Source of the DNA: Octopus vulgaris
Lineage: Eukaryota
NCBI GenBank assembly: GCA_951406725.2
Contig: OX597821.1
Location: 2,604,001-2,668,000 of the forward strand
Direction of reading: 5' to 3'
DNA length: 64,000 nucleotides
Part shown: positions 13,030-25,342 of the stretch, piece after piece
Numbering within the stretch: the stretch's first letter is position 1
Layout of the letters: every line of letters begins with the position of its first letter
The notes under the pieces: generated by a model
What the model saw: the letters and a program-made list of their open reading frames with translations, nothing else
Told to the model about the DNA's origin: nothing
Databases searched by the model: none
Translations under genes and position numbers: made by a program

Positions 13030-14975
13030 GCAAGAGGTTTAAAATTTACCCCTACCCGCCCCCCCCCCCCGCAGATCGAACCCAAATGAAATTAAGGACA
13101 ATACTTTGGACCTCTGCCGAAAATTACACCTCACGGAAGCTCCTTACAACTAAACCAGTGAAGATGATTCAATAGTGAAAAACAAAAGTGAGTACCTTCC
13201 TACAAAAGGTAGAAATAAAGCACTTGATGTTTTCTGTGATCACTAATTTGTTTTCCTTACAGTACCATTCCAAAACAACATATTAAATCCAACCTTAATT
13301 TAAATGAATGGAAAGACCTTGTCGAGCTAAAAAAATGACATAAACCTCACTATTAAAAAAGCCGACAAAGGAAGTGCGGTAGTATTGATGGATACAGAGT
13401 ACTACAAAAATGTAATACTTTCCATGTTGGAAAATAATACTTACCATGAGAAATTAACATATTACAACCCACAGAAAACACTGAAAACTTAACTTCCTTA
13501 CTCCAAATTTATGGAAAGGGTCGTACTACACATTAAATAGACTATTTATCCAATTTCAAATACAGTCTTAGTCTATTCTACGGATTACCCAAAATACATA
13601 AAAGTCCACATATTTGCGAAGCTTGCACATTCTCTACAAGCCTATGCATTAATGTCCCTCCCCCTACTGACCTCAAACTGAGACCCATCATAGCTGGCCC
13701 TTCTTGTGAAACCCACAGTTTTAAAATATGTGAAAGGCTTTATCAGGGATGACCTAGACATGTTGAACCACCTCCCGAGGACAGTAAAGGACGAAACACT
13801 GCTGGTATCTTTCGATGTGGTGAATCTATACACCAATATTCACACGACTATGGTATAGAAGCAATCACATTTTGGCTAGAAAAATACCCAGAAGAGATCC
13901 CAGGACGAATAAACCACAATTTTATAATGGAAGCACTGAAATTCATCCTGCTGAACAATCATTTCTCGTTCGATACTACTTACTATCGACAAAAATGCGG
14001 AATTGCAATGGGAACCAGAGCTGCTCCAGTGATTGCAAATCTCGTAATGGGTTACCACGAACTCAAGTTATACCAATCATCACTAGAAAAATATGGCACC
14101 TCTTTTAATTGCTACTAAAAGGAGAACTGAAAGAAGAGATATTTAGATGATTGCTTCATTCTTTGGAAAGACAGCATGGATCAACTCCTTGATTTCAAAA
14201 GAATGCTCAACAACATACACAACAATATATAATTCATTATGGAACACAACAGTAAGCAACTCCCTTTTCTAGACACCTTAATTAGAATAATTAACAACCA
14301 CATAGAAAGAGACATCTTTTATAAACCAACAGATTCTAAACAATACCTATCATTTAACTCCTGCCACGCCAAACACATAAAAATCAACATACCCTTTAAC
14401 CTAGCGAAAAGAATCTGCACGAAGCCTTCAACATCGTCACCCAAAATCTTTCCATCCTCACAGCAGACAAAACAATGAACGAAATTTTAAGCTCATATAA
14501 AATTATAAAAAGCAAAAAGCAACCGAAGTCACTGAAAAAATATTAACCAGCGCTAGACTGTATCCACTAACAACAGAGCCAAAAGTGACAAAATATGGAC
14601 GTTCTAACTGTGGAGCATGCCCCCACCTTCTGGAGGGTTCACATTTTCACTTTAAACAAGGAGAAATATTGAAGATCAAATCAAATTTCACCTGCGCCTC
14701 AGTAAATGTAATCTAATGGATAGGATGTGGTAAACTCTATATTGGACAAACAGGAGTTTCGCTCCGTCAACGAATCACCATTCACAAAGAGCAATTCCGT
14801 CACCCACAATACAGACAGTTAAAGGTAAGTGAACACATAGAAATGTGTGCCAGGAATCTTAATCCAAATTTCCAAATCTTTCCCTTTTATTAATGTTCAC
14901 AGAACACCACAATTCAACAAAGGTTGAATAAAGAGGCATTTTTCATCAATACATTTCTCCCCCAACTAAATATGA
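13030..14975 (+). pseudogene. Disrupted Penelope RT/GIY-YIG ORF
   Basis: ORF-track pieces 13927-14118 and 14239-14478 plus flanking motifs in shifting frames. Confidence 0.9.
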
Positions 14976-15060
14976 ACACACAACTCAATACAGAACACCA
15001 CTAACTCTTCAATTGAAACCACTAACCCCTAAACATTTCCAACACCACTTACATCTCTAA

Positions 15061-15121
15061 ATCCAGAACTACTTACCTCCTTTACAAATAATCCGGAACT
15101 ACTTACCTCCCTTACAAATAA
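15061..15121 (+). repeat. 30-bp tandem duplication in the PLE 3' region
   Basis: atcc(a/g)gaactacttacctcc(t/c)ttacaaata twice. Confidence 0.85.
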
Positions 15122-15401
15122 CCTTTTTTCTCAGGAACTATTAGACCTGACAGTGTATTAGCCGGTGTTTTCAAAGCGATGAATAGCTTTTTGCCGAAAC
15201 CATAGTTCGCTCTCTTCTCTTACTTTATTATCATCTTATAATCATCTCATAATAATGAACTTTATGACTCTAAATGTATATATTTGTCGTTACCTGTCAT
15301 AAATCGCCTTTTTTATTTGCAATGTGCATTTTCGTTGATTTTTCATATTTTACCCTTACATTTCCACGTGCATTTTATATTTTCTTTTTGTAACATATTC
15401 C

Positions 15402-15463
<62 letters not shown>

Positions 15464-15589
15464 GTATATAAATATATGCATATGTATATATTAGTTTATA
15501 TATATATATATGTGTGTATATATATATATATGTATGTGTATATATACATATATATATCATATATGTGTATATATATATATATATATATA

Positions 15590-16122
15590 GAGTGTATATT
15601 GGCAGGGCTGGCCTGCTAGGTAGCCGGCCAGAATGCTAGAAATAGATCATAAACGATCAAACTACAAGGGAAATTCTCTAGAGGAAGAATTCAGCGAACA
15701 CCAGAACCAAATTTGGCGGGCAGGACATATGAAACATTAAATAAAAAACAGACTTAAATGCATACCTCGGTTTCGGTCTTAACAAAAGAATTACTTGCAT
15801 AATTCAAGTGTCCGTGACTTCTTCAGCACATTCGGTCCTCGAGATGCAAACTGCAAGACTAACCCCAGCTCTCTGTGTCAAGACAGACACGTGCTTAGTC
15901 TTACTGATTACATCGGGAATAAAATTTCAAATGTCTTGGTTCCGGCGCGCTAAGAGACTCCTGAAGCGAAGGGCTGCAGTGAATAATTCACTGCGGGTAA
16001 AGCTTACTACTAGGGAACGTAATTAATTTAAATATTTAATATTTTTAAATTTTTAAATTTTTAAATTGATATTGGTTTTAAATTGATATTGAAATTAATA
16101 TTAATTTATCTCCCTCAATTTT

Positions 16123-16125
<3 letters not shown>
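15590..16125 (-). mobile_element. Non-autonomous hammerhead-bearing element (Penelope pLTR-like)
   Basis: Non-coding block between two (TA)n tracts containing an intact hammerhead. Confidence 0.6.
15757..15832 (-). ncRNA. Type I hammerhead ribozyme with extended stem II
   Basis: Minus: aatgtg CTGAAGA a gtc ...gaatta tgcaag taattc... gac c GAAA cc ga gg TA tgcatt; 6-bp stem I, GUA site. Confidence 0.8.
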
Positions 16126-16166
<41 letters not shown>

Positions 16167-16506
16167 CATACATACATATATATATACATATATATTTACA
16201 CACACATGCATACATGCATATATATGTTAGTGTGTGACGGTATGTGTGATGCGTTTCCATGAATATGTTTTTTCTTCGAAATATGGGAAAAAAACTTATA
16301 GCAAAGGAAATTTCTAGAAGAGATAGACAGATTAAAAGGTGTAATTTTCGAAGGAGATAAACACGTGAAAGAGTTGGCGGCGGGTGGGAAATGTACATTA
16401 GAGAAGAACGGATTATGACTGAAATGTATTATGTATTTTCTTAATAAGAAAGAAAACATAGAAAGTACAATGACGGAATTGAGTAGCAGCAGCAGCAGTA
16501 TTATTG

Positions 16507-16822
16507 TTCTTTTCTTCTTGTTCTTCTTCTTGTTCTTGTTCTTGTTCTTCTTGTTCTTGTTCTTCTTCTTCTTCTACTTCTTCTTCTTCGTCTTCTCCTT
16601 CTTCTTCTTCTTCTTCTTCTTCTTCTTCTTCTTCTTTTTCTTCTTCTTCGTCTCCTTCTTCTTTTTCTTCTTCTTCTTTTTCTTCTCCTCTTCTTCTTTC
16701 TTCTTCTTCATTTTCTCTTCTTCTCTCTCCTCCTTCTTCTTCCCTTTCTTCTTCTTCTTTTTCTTCTTTTTCTTTTTCTTCTTCTTCTTCTTCTTCTTTT
16801 TATTATTATTATTATTATTATT
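16507..16822. repeat. (TTC)n then (TTA)n microsatellite
   Basis: Trinucleotide runs. Confidence 0.95.
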
Positions 16823-17345
16823 GAGTGAGAGAGCAGTGCATGCCATCAAAGTGCCACTGATGTAATATATAACTACCCGTCTGATAAGGGTACACCAGGC
16901 ACATGCATCACAACCGTATTTGTGCCACATGATGATCTCATCTCCAGATAAACAGCACATGACCTTGAAGGTGTGGCCCACATAGAATTTTCTTCTGCTC
17001 GAGTAGCCTTTCCCGCTCAAAAGATCTCCGATTAAGGGTTGTTTAAGAACGTTGAACGAAAAATCCATGTTTCCAGGGGTGAATTATTCATACTCCAAAG
17101 AATCCCTCTCAACACATGGCTATGATGCTCCCCCATTACTTCTGCTCATGATCAGAGATGCACATATCGTCAGCCACTAAGAGACATGCTCAACTGGTTA
17201 AGGTCAAACAACTGACAAGCAAATCTATGGCATTGAGCAGAATATTTGCTGTAGCCCATCTTTTATACCAAGACATAACAACGTACATGATAACACTTCC
17301 AATCAGTTAAGATCAGAAGCCACGAGAGCCACTGCCTGGTACTGC

Positions 17346-17347
<2 letters not shown>
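16823..17347. mobile_element. Non-coding interspersed element inserted in (TTA)n, sharing sequence with the Dong/R4-like 5' region
   Basis: Flanked both sides by (TTA)n; 16935-17065 is the diverged reverse complement of 56572-56701. Confidence 0.65.
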
Positions 17348-17583
<236 letters not shown>

Positions 17584-18494
17584 TTGCGCCTTTCCGTTAG
17601 CAGTAGTGTTCGTAATAGCCGTAATAGCATCTGCAAGATACGAACTCATTGCTGATGTGTAATGTCGATGACAATAATGGAGTTGTTGATGGTGGTAGTG
17701 TTGGTGAAGGTGTATTCCATTAGGATGATCATAATATTGAGGGCGACGGTGGGAAGTGAATTTGAGGTTAATGATGATGATGGTGATGATTATGATGGAA
17801 AATATATATTTATATAACCTCATGATTTATACAAAAAAAATAAACAATAAGAACCAGAATGGTATCTTGGGAAATGAAGAAAAAATATTTGTGAAAATGT
17901 GAAATATAAGAAAAAATTAAATTAAAAAAATGAATGTAGTAAAAGAAAAAATAGCAGGAAACTGTGAGTGACTGAAAGAAGCAGAGAGAGAGAGGGAGAG
18001 AAAGAGAGATGGGGAGAGTGATGGCGAGAGAAAGTGAAGGAAAGAGAGGGGGCTATGAGGATGTAGTGGGGAGGAAGAACACATTGATAAAAAACCATTA
18101 AATTGTATATAATGCCTATTGTTATATGATTTTTGAAAAAATATAATGAAAACTTCATTGGAATCAGCACTGAGACAAGAAACTTTGGAAAAATTTATTT
18201 CTTTATCTTCCATTAAAAAAGTAGATTATGTGTATTACTACGCGTGAGTAATAAGGCTTGTATGATTCATTCAATAGATGAATGCTTTATCGCGTCATAT
18301 CCGAGTAATTAAGTTACTTACTTTTCAATCATGGGGCTCTGATTTCGATTCAAGAGTTTGACATCTCGGGAAAGTGTTTTAATTTACTATAGTTGCGATT
18401 CAACCTAAAAGTTTTCGAAGTTACTGAGGACCAAGCTAGAATACTTTCGGATGAAAGGATTTGTACGGTTGAGTGATTTGGTTTTAGAATTTCA

Positions 18495-18873
18495 TAGTTT
18501 GCTTACGAACCACCTGGTTCTGGGTTCAGTCCCAATGCATGGCAACTTGGGCAAGTGTCTTCTACTATAGCCACGGGCTGACCAAAGCCTTGTGAGGGGA
18601 TTTGGTAGACGGAAACTGAAAGAAGCTCGTCGTATATATGTATGTATGTGTAGATGTTTGTGTGTCTGTTTTTGTCCCCCCAACATCGCTTGACAACAGA
18701 TGCTGATGTGTTTACCTCCCTGTAACTTAGCGGTCTGGCAAAAGTAACCGATAGAATAAGTACTAGGCTTAGTACAAAGAATAAGTCCTGAGGTCGATTT
18801 GCTCGACTAAAGGCGGTGCTCCAGCATGGCCTCAGTCAAATGACTGAAACAAATAAAAGAGTAAAAGAGTAAA
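18495..18873 (+). mobile_element. Family-A tRNA-derived SINE (CORE-like segment, internal microsatellite), 5'-truncated
   Basis: B-box-like gggttcagtccc, ttgggcaagtgtcttc, internal TA/TG run, (gtaaaaga)n tail; homologs at 19774, 29535, 50916. Confidence 0.85.
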
Positions 18874-19773
18874 TGTACATCTTTCTTTTGGATGCTGACA
18901 TTCATATCTCTCAGTGTATTCTTCAGAGAATTTGTAGCGTTTTGTTTACGATGCAGATTAATATTGCGAGAAGGCTTCATGCTCGCAAAATCAATAGAAC
19001 TTCAGAAAAAAAAAGCCTTGTGACTCATTATATTAGTGGTTTAAATCCCCTCAGCTGTGCTTTTCATCCTTTTGCGGGGTCGATAAACATACCTGTGAAG
19101 CAGTGGTGCTGATGACGTCGACTACCTTATCTCCCTCAAGTATGATTGGATTGTTTCTAAATCCCAAATAATTAATTATTAGTACGAAAATCTTTCGGCT
19201 GAGTCAGTGACCACAGGATAAAAAGGTTGCTATATGTATTTACATCCCTGTACGTTCTGAATCCAAATAACACCGAGACAAGGAGAGATAAAATATATAC
19301 TTCTCATATAGTCCAGGCAATGTAATCGATTATGTTGATGCAACCTGACAAAATATGTTACAATATGTTGTTCTTGATCATGAGATTTTGAATAAAAATA
19401 TCCGCAAGGTCAAATTCGCCATTTGGATCGTAAAAATATTGTATCATTTATGTGCTGGATCTATGGTATTCCATACACCACCTCCGCCTTCAAACTTTAA
19501 GCCTCCCATTTATAACAAGAACAATGATTGCCATAAGGAAATTAGTAAACAGTAAGTTACGTAGACATCAAAATACGAGTGATCGCGATCAAATGAACCA
19601 GTCCTGTGCAGTTGTTGAAAGTTTTGACTAATATATTTACCCTAAGACTCTTTGATTGTGTTAAACTGAAATTATGCCGAAAATTATAACAAAAAAAAAA
19701 GAATATGCATGGATTTCATCCAGATTTTGACAATTTAAAAAAGATTGAAATTTCAGTGAAAAACATCACATCG

Positions 19774-19975
19774 TACTCTTTTACTTGTTGCAGTCATTTG
19801 ACTGTGGTCATGCAGGAGCACCGCCTTTAGTCGAGCAAATCGATCCCCAGGACTTATTCTATCGGTCTCTTTTGCCGAATCGCTAAGTTACGGGGACGTA
19901 AACACACCAGCATCGGTTGTTAAGTGATGTTCGGTGGGGACAAACACAGACAAACAGATACATACATGCATACAG

Positions 19976-20033
<58 letters not shown>

Positions 20034-20190
20034 GACGGGCTTCTTTCAGTTTCCGTCTACCAAATCCACTCACAAGGCTTTGGCTGGCTCGAGGTTATAG
20101 TAGAACTGCCCAAGATGCCACGCAGTGGGACTGAACCCGGAACCATGTAGTCCGTAAGCATGCTACTTACCACACAGCCATTGCCTACGC
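19774..20190 (-). mobile_element. Family-A SINE, near full length
   Basis: Reverse complement of 18495 copy plus A-box head tggctgtgtggtaag; internal (TA)n. Confidence 0.9.
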
Positions 20191-22149
20191 ATATGCGTAA
20201 TACCTCTAAGTCATAAATTACAGGTAAATATCATGCTGAGGATTTCTAAAATAAATGAAATAATGCTGCGCATGCTTACCTCCAACTAGAACTTACTGAT
20301 AGAGAAATAAATTAAATATGTGAAATTAAAAATACACTTTCTGCCTCATTTTCTCCAGTGACAAATTCAAATTCTCATCCCACCTCACGTTATGAAGGCA
20401 GAATTATCCCCATTTTAAATGGTCATAACGGTAGGGAACCATATGTATAAATGATTGCTTCTGCATGAAAATTCTGTGACTGGAGTGCAAGAAATGGATG
20501 CTGAATCTTCATCATATCATACCCTATCGTCTTACACAATGTAAATCATATTGGGTAATATGGAGACTCTTTCCTAGGGCATTGTTGTCACGTAGGGGGT
20601 CGTTGTTCTAGTCGTGAGCGCTGTAAAACTGTGGGAACCCGTCTATTTGCCAATATCTTTCGGAGGGAATGGTGGAGAGTGGAATCGATCCTTTTACACA
20701 GTTCGTTAGTTATGATTCCGAAAATGGGGAGTGCGATTTTGAGCTTAACGGGCTTTGGAATCAGAAAGCAAAGAAATGTAACTAATTAACACATGCAACT
20801 TTGGTAATCATTTTAAGAATTAACTGTCAACACGCTAGAACAAAGCATACATGAATGAATGTATATTATAATGAAAGTTTTTTTTTCTGCGTTTGTTATT
20901 GTGTTCCTGAGACCAACAGATTATTACGTGATATTTCACGGATTTCATAGAAGAAGATACTCCGTATAAGCTGAAAAGCTCATTATTATGACATCATTTC
21001 AATCATGGCTTGTCAACACAGGAAAATAAAGAGATTTTATTTTTGATATCTTTACCTTTATTTTATATTTCTGTAAAAAATTCCGTTACATTTATATTAT
21101 GACGTCATAAATTGCACATTTCCTTTAAAATACGACGTCCATTATTTTCAATTATGATATATGGAAAAACAACTAAAAAAACTGTAAAACAACGAATTTA
21201 TTCAATCAATTCATTGAATTTATATATTGTATGCAAGGAAGACTAATATTTATTCTTTAATTGTTTGTCAAAGTTTATTTTTTACGGAAAAAAACGAAAA
21301 CTCTATGAATATTTTACTCTTGGTGAAAACAATAGACTGCTTTTAAGGTAAATATATGATTTTCTCCTTAAATGTTTGTTGTGAGACAACAATTGTCAAA
21401 TTGTCAAATTATAAAAAACAATTATAATTAAATAAAGTGAACAGTTACTGTAAATTCTCCGGCAGTGATTATTCACCATCGTGCTCATATTTGGGAGAGA
21501 GCTGGTTAAGAGATTTCTATAAAAAGATACGATGATATTGCGGATATAATTATAAAAAAATAATTCCTTTGTCATTTATTCTCTGCGACAAACATTTGTA
21601 AGGTATCAGTAGATTTATTAGTCAGCAATGTATATTATCTCGAATTTGAACAATTTGTCTATAGAATAAGTAGTTGGACGGAGCAACGGGCAATAATGCT
21701 ATATGTACAGTTCAATCTAAGTCTGAAACTTGGTCAAAGTGCTTCGCGCCATCTTTATCTATTGAAGAAACACACTACAAGCAAATGCCGTAATTAAATT
21801 CTACCGTAAGTATTACACATGTAAATGTGTCTACTCAGTTTCAATCAAAAACTAATGTAACTGGTTGGATTAGCTATTTGTTATTGGTTAGTAAAAGAAT
21901 GTACGCAGCTGCTGACGACCACCTCGACTAGTATTAAGACGTGCATGTACTACAATTCACTCAAATCCCCTTTATAGATGCATTGTTTACAATTATTGTG
22001 ACACAGTATTGACTTATAATATGTAGATATATTCTATAATTCATTATAGCGGTGAAACAAGAGACTCTTAACCTACCAGTAATTTATTGTTCAAACTAGC
22101 AGCGAAGGAATGAGATAAAATTGTAGATTCACCTATCCTGTATATATTA

Positions 22150-22332
22150 CTCTCTGACGTTAGTGGATTTCTTTTTCTCCGTTCTGAGTTTTAATGCCAC
22201 CGGGATCAACTTTGCTTTTCAGCCCATTGGAACCGATAAAATAAATATCAGTTAATCACTGCGGTTGATATAATCGACTAAACTTCAATTCAAAACTTCC
22301 TGGCCCTGTGCCAAAATTTGAAATCAGTATTA
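22150..22332 (+). mobile_element. Degenerate family-B SINE
   Basis: gttctgagtt, caactttgcttttca, gttgatataatcgac, tgtgccaaaatttgaaa tail. Confidence 0.6.
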
Positions 22333-24366
22333 GTGGATTTATAATCAGTTTGTTTGTGAATAGTTAAAGAGGGTACACAACAGTTGGTAATGAACCTGCT
22401 TTGTACTGAAAGGTGCAAAATGTACGCACTGTTCCTCAAATTTAAGGCATTTACGAGTATTGTTAATAGCAATAGCCATGAATGTCATATTCACTGGTTT
22501 CTATACACATAGGAAAAAACTTATTTAATCACGTTACAATCTGGGGCACATTTTAGGCAAGCTTCGCCTACGTTTCGAACTCTTCTCTCGATCTTATAAA
22601 TGACGTCAGCGATGTTTTCATCATGCTCCGGTATATAATGGGGGTGTATAAAGTTAATATGATACACATAGAGCGTACACCGAGTATTTATTAACGTGAT
22701 AAACTTATAATCTTTCTTCACATAAAATGTAAGCAGATCATTATTGAATCTGGTATTGTGTGGAATGTTGTGCCAAGAATTCATATTTTTTCTTCTGGAG
22801 AAATTTTCTCAGCATTTAGAGTCTTATGTATTACACATCAATTGGACAATTTAAAACCACCCGAATTTCTGAATGAGATATAAAAAGCGTACAAAATATG
22901 TTTGTTAAGTCGCTTCTTCCACTAGAAATAAAGAGACAATAAGTTATCTGGAAAATTATCAGTGCTGTCACATACATGAAAGATACCGCTGATTCATTCT
23001 TCTATGGAAAAACATATCAGGACGATTGATTGCAGATGCAATGCATTTGAACACAATTCTGTTTGGATTGATCTAACATTGGGCGAAACACAAAAACATC
23101 ACTGGCAACAACGTCGATAATAAATAGTTTGATGAAAAGAGACAAAGAAATTGCTTTTTCATGCTCGGTCGAAATGCTATAAATAACTGTAAAGTATCCC
23201 TCTAAATCACACCCCGAACCACTGGAGAAGTGACCAGTTACGTTAAATGAGGTAGGTCTTGATATGATGGTCAAGATTGGAACAGATGTGAACTAAATTC
23301 TGTTAGGCCAAAATTGCTCTAGAGCTAAACAGTAAAACATCTGGAGATTGGCGGACTAAGCTTTTGAAAGCTAATATACATTGCTTAAGAGATACAGTGC
23401 ACTGCAAGTACTACCGTAACAGTATAAGAAAGGCGGCCAAGTATGTAATAAATCAATGCAGAAAAATCTACAGACAGACTCGTCGAGCTAGAAACAACAA
23501 GCACTCATCTATCAAATCACATCTTGTTATCTTGCAAAAGGAGGAACAAAAAATACAAAAGTAGTACAGCGTGATATAGTCTTAGATATTCTGTTACCGG
23601 AAAAATAAAGGAAGACGGAACAATGGGGAAATAATATGGCCCAATGTGATATGTATTTGATCTCAGGACCACAAAACCAAGACTAGCCGAGAATTGAGAA
23701 CGAAAAGATCAACAATAGCGTTTATGGCAGTATATAAAAGCGCAGTAATTTAACACATTGTTACATACACTATAAATTTAGCCATTGACATTATGCATTC
23801 CTCTAATTATCCTGCATGAACTTATATCATCTATACTCATAGCCTCTTCAAATGATCTGATATGCAAATGGAGATGTAAGATACGTTGTACTTAGCTATA
23901 CATAGACTACGTAAAGTGCGTCTTTTACTGATTATCGTTCAATCTCTATAGTGCTATTATTTGTGAATTACTCTCACATGAAAGATAATTTTGGTGTTAC
24001 AGAGAACTTGGATGAGTTTAAGAAAGTCGGAATCAATCTTATAGATTTCTAATATACAGAAACCGAAGTCAAGTAGATTATTGGCTAAATAAAGACGTAA
24101 GTAGCTGGGTAAAATGACGGTATGTAATGAAAATGCCAATACTGTAAACTATGGCATTTAAAGAGAGATTAAGCGATTTTTCTTTCGTATCAAAAAAGTA
24201 TCTAAAATGTTAAGCATTATGTCGAATTGGATAGACATTGTGTATCTCAGATAAGTCAGTCAGTTTTAAAAGCAGATAGAAGTGTAATGTGTATATATTA
24301 ATGTATATATGTAGTTATGAGTGTATATATTTATATGTGAATGTATGTGTATATATATATATATAG

Positions 24367-24810
24367 ACCGGAGTAAACACATAAATGTGAAACAAGGTGG
24401 AAAAAAGAGTACTCAAATACCAGTGGTAGAGTAATATGCTTTATTTAAAGCAGCAGAAAATTCAACAAAATCTGTTACTCTGAGTTTCTCGTTGCCGTTC
24501 ATCAGACAGTTTTTGCTAGAATGGAACTTATATATTAATTCAATCTATACTCTTACAAACGCTACACCTTTAAAAAGAAATGGACTTGTTTGATTGGCCC
24601 TTTAGAAAAAACGGTCAATCTTCGAGCGATAAACAAAAAGGTCAAAAATATATGTATATATATATAAAAAAACTTATAAAAATTATAAAATCCGAGGAAA
24701 AAACCGAGGAAAAAACCTATTGCCGTTAATGAAGACAGTACAAATTAATGCATAGAAATTAAACCTGTTATAAATACTGCAATACATATTTATATTAAAA
24801 TCTACATATA
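24367..24810 (-). mobile_element. Penelope-type 3' end / non-autonomous element
   Basis: Near-identical to 2350-2507 segments; starts at a (TA)n junction; carries a minimal hammerhead. Confidence 0.75.
24472..24509 (-). ncRNA. Minimal type I hammerhead ribozyme
   Basis: Identical to the 2383-2420 motif. Confidence 0.85.
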
Positions 24811-25306
24811 TATATCAACATACACAAAAGGATGCGCGTAAACGCCATACATACATATACAGACGTATGAATATGAATCTAAATATACACATAAAAGCAT
24901 GTGTACATATATTCACGCAAACCGTCTCGCACGCAAGCTAAAATTCATCTATGTAGCAATTCTCATATACTGAGCAAGGAGGGGGAACGAAAGAAAGGGA
25001 AAGAGAGAAAAAGGAACGAAGGAGGGGTGGGGAAAAAACTTGTAACGATGTTATTGGCATCTATAGAGGCCAGTATACATACACAAGTTTGAATTGATAC
25101 ATATACATACCGTCGTGTATATGTGTGCTTAAGCACAAGCATACTTTCACTTACACATACACAAAATAAAGTATATATATATATATATATATGTGTGTGC
25201 ATATATATATGTATGTGGGCATGCATTTATATACTTGCATAATTATATATATATGCGGGTGTGTGTATGAACTTATAAACATGCATAACTATATATATAT
25301 ATATAG

Positions 25307-25342
<36 letters not shown>

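Larger units (their letters stand above)
12990..15402 (+). mobile_element. Penelope-like retroelement, decayed (RT + GIY-YIG endonuclease)
   Basis: Motifs GLKFTPTP, IKKADKGSAVVLMD, FYGLPKIHK, LRPIIAGP, LVSFDVVNLYTNI, GIAMGTRAAPVIANL, RYLDDCFILW, LPFLD, FYKPTDSKQYL.FNSCH, CGACP, LYIGQTG..LRQR; many stops and frameshifts, apparent internal deletion near 14420; (TA)n on both flanks. Confidence 0.95.

Noticed and set aside
17290-17345. HDV-like ribozyme at the end of the (TTA)n-inserted element
   Set aside because: Could not build P1/P1.1/P2 pairings by eye
18890-18930. Minus-strand CTGAAGA...GAAT GTC
   Set aside because: GAAA core broken and stems marginal; expected by chance
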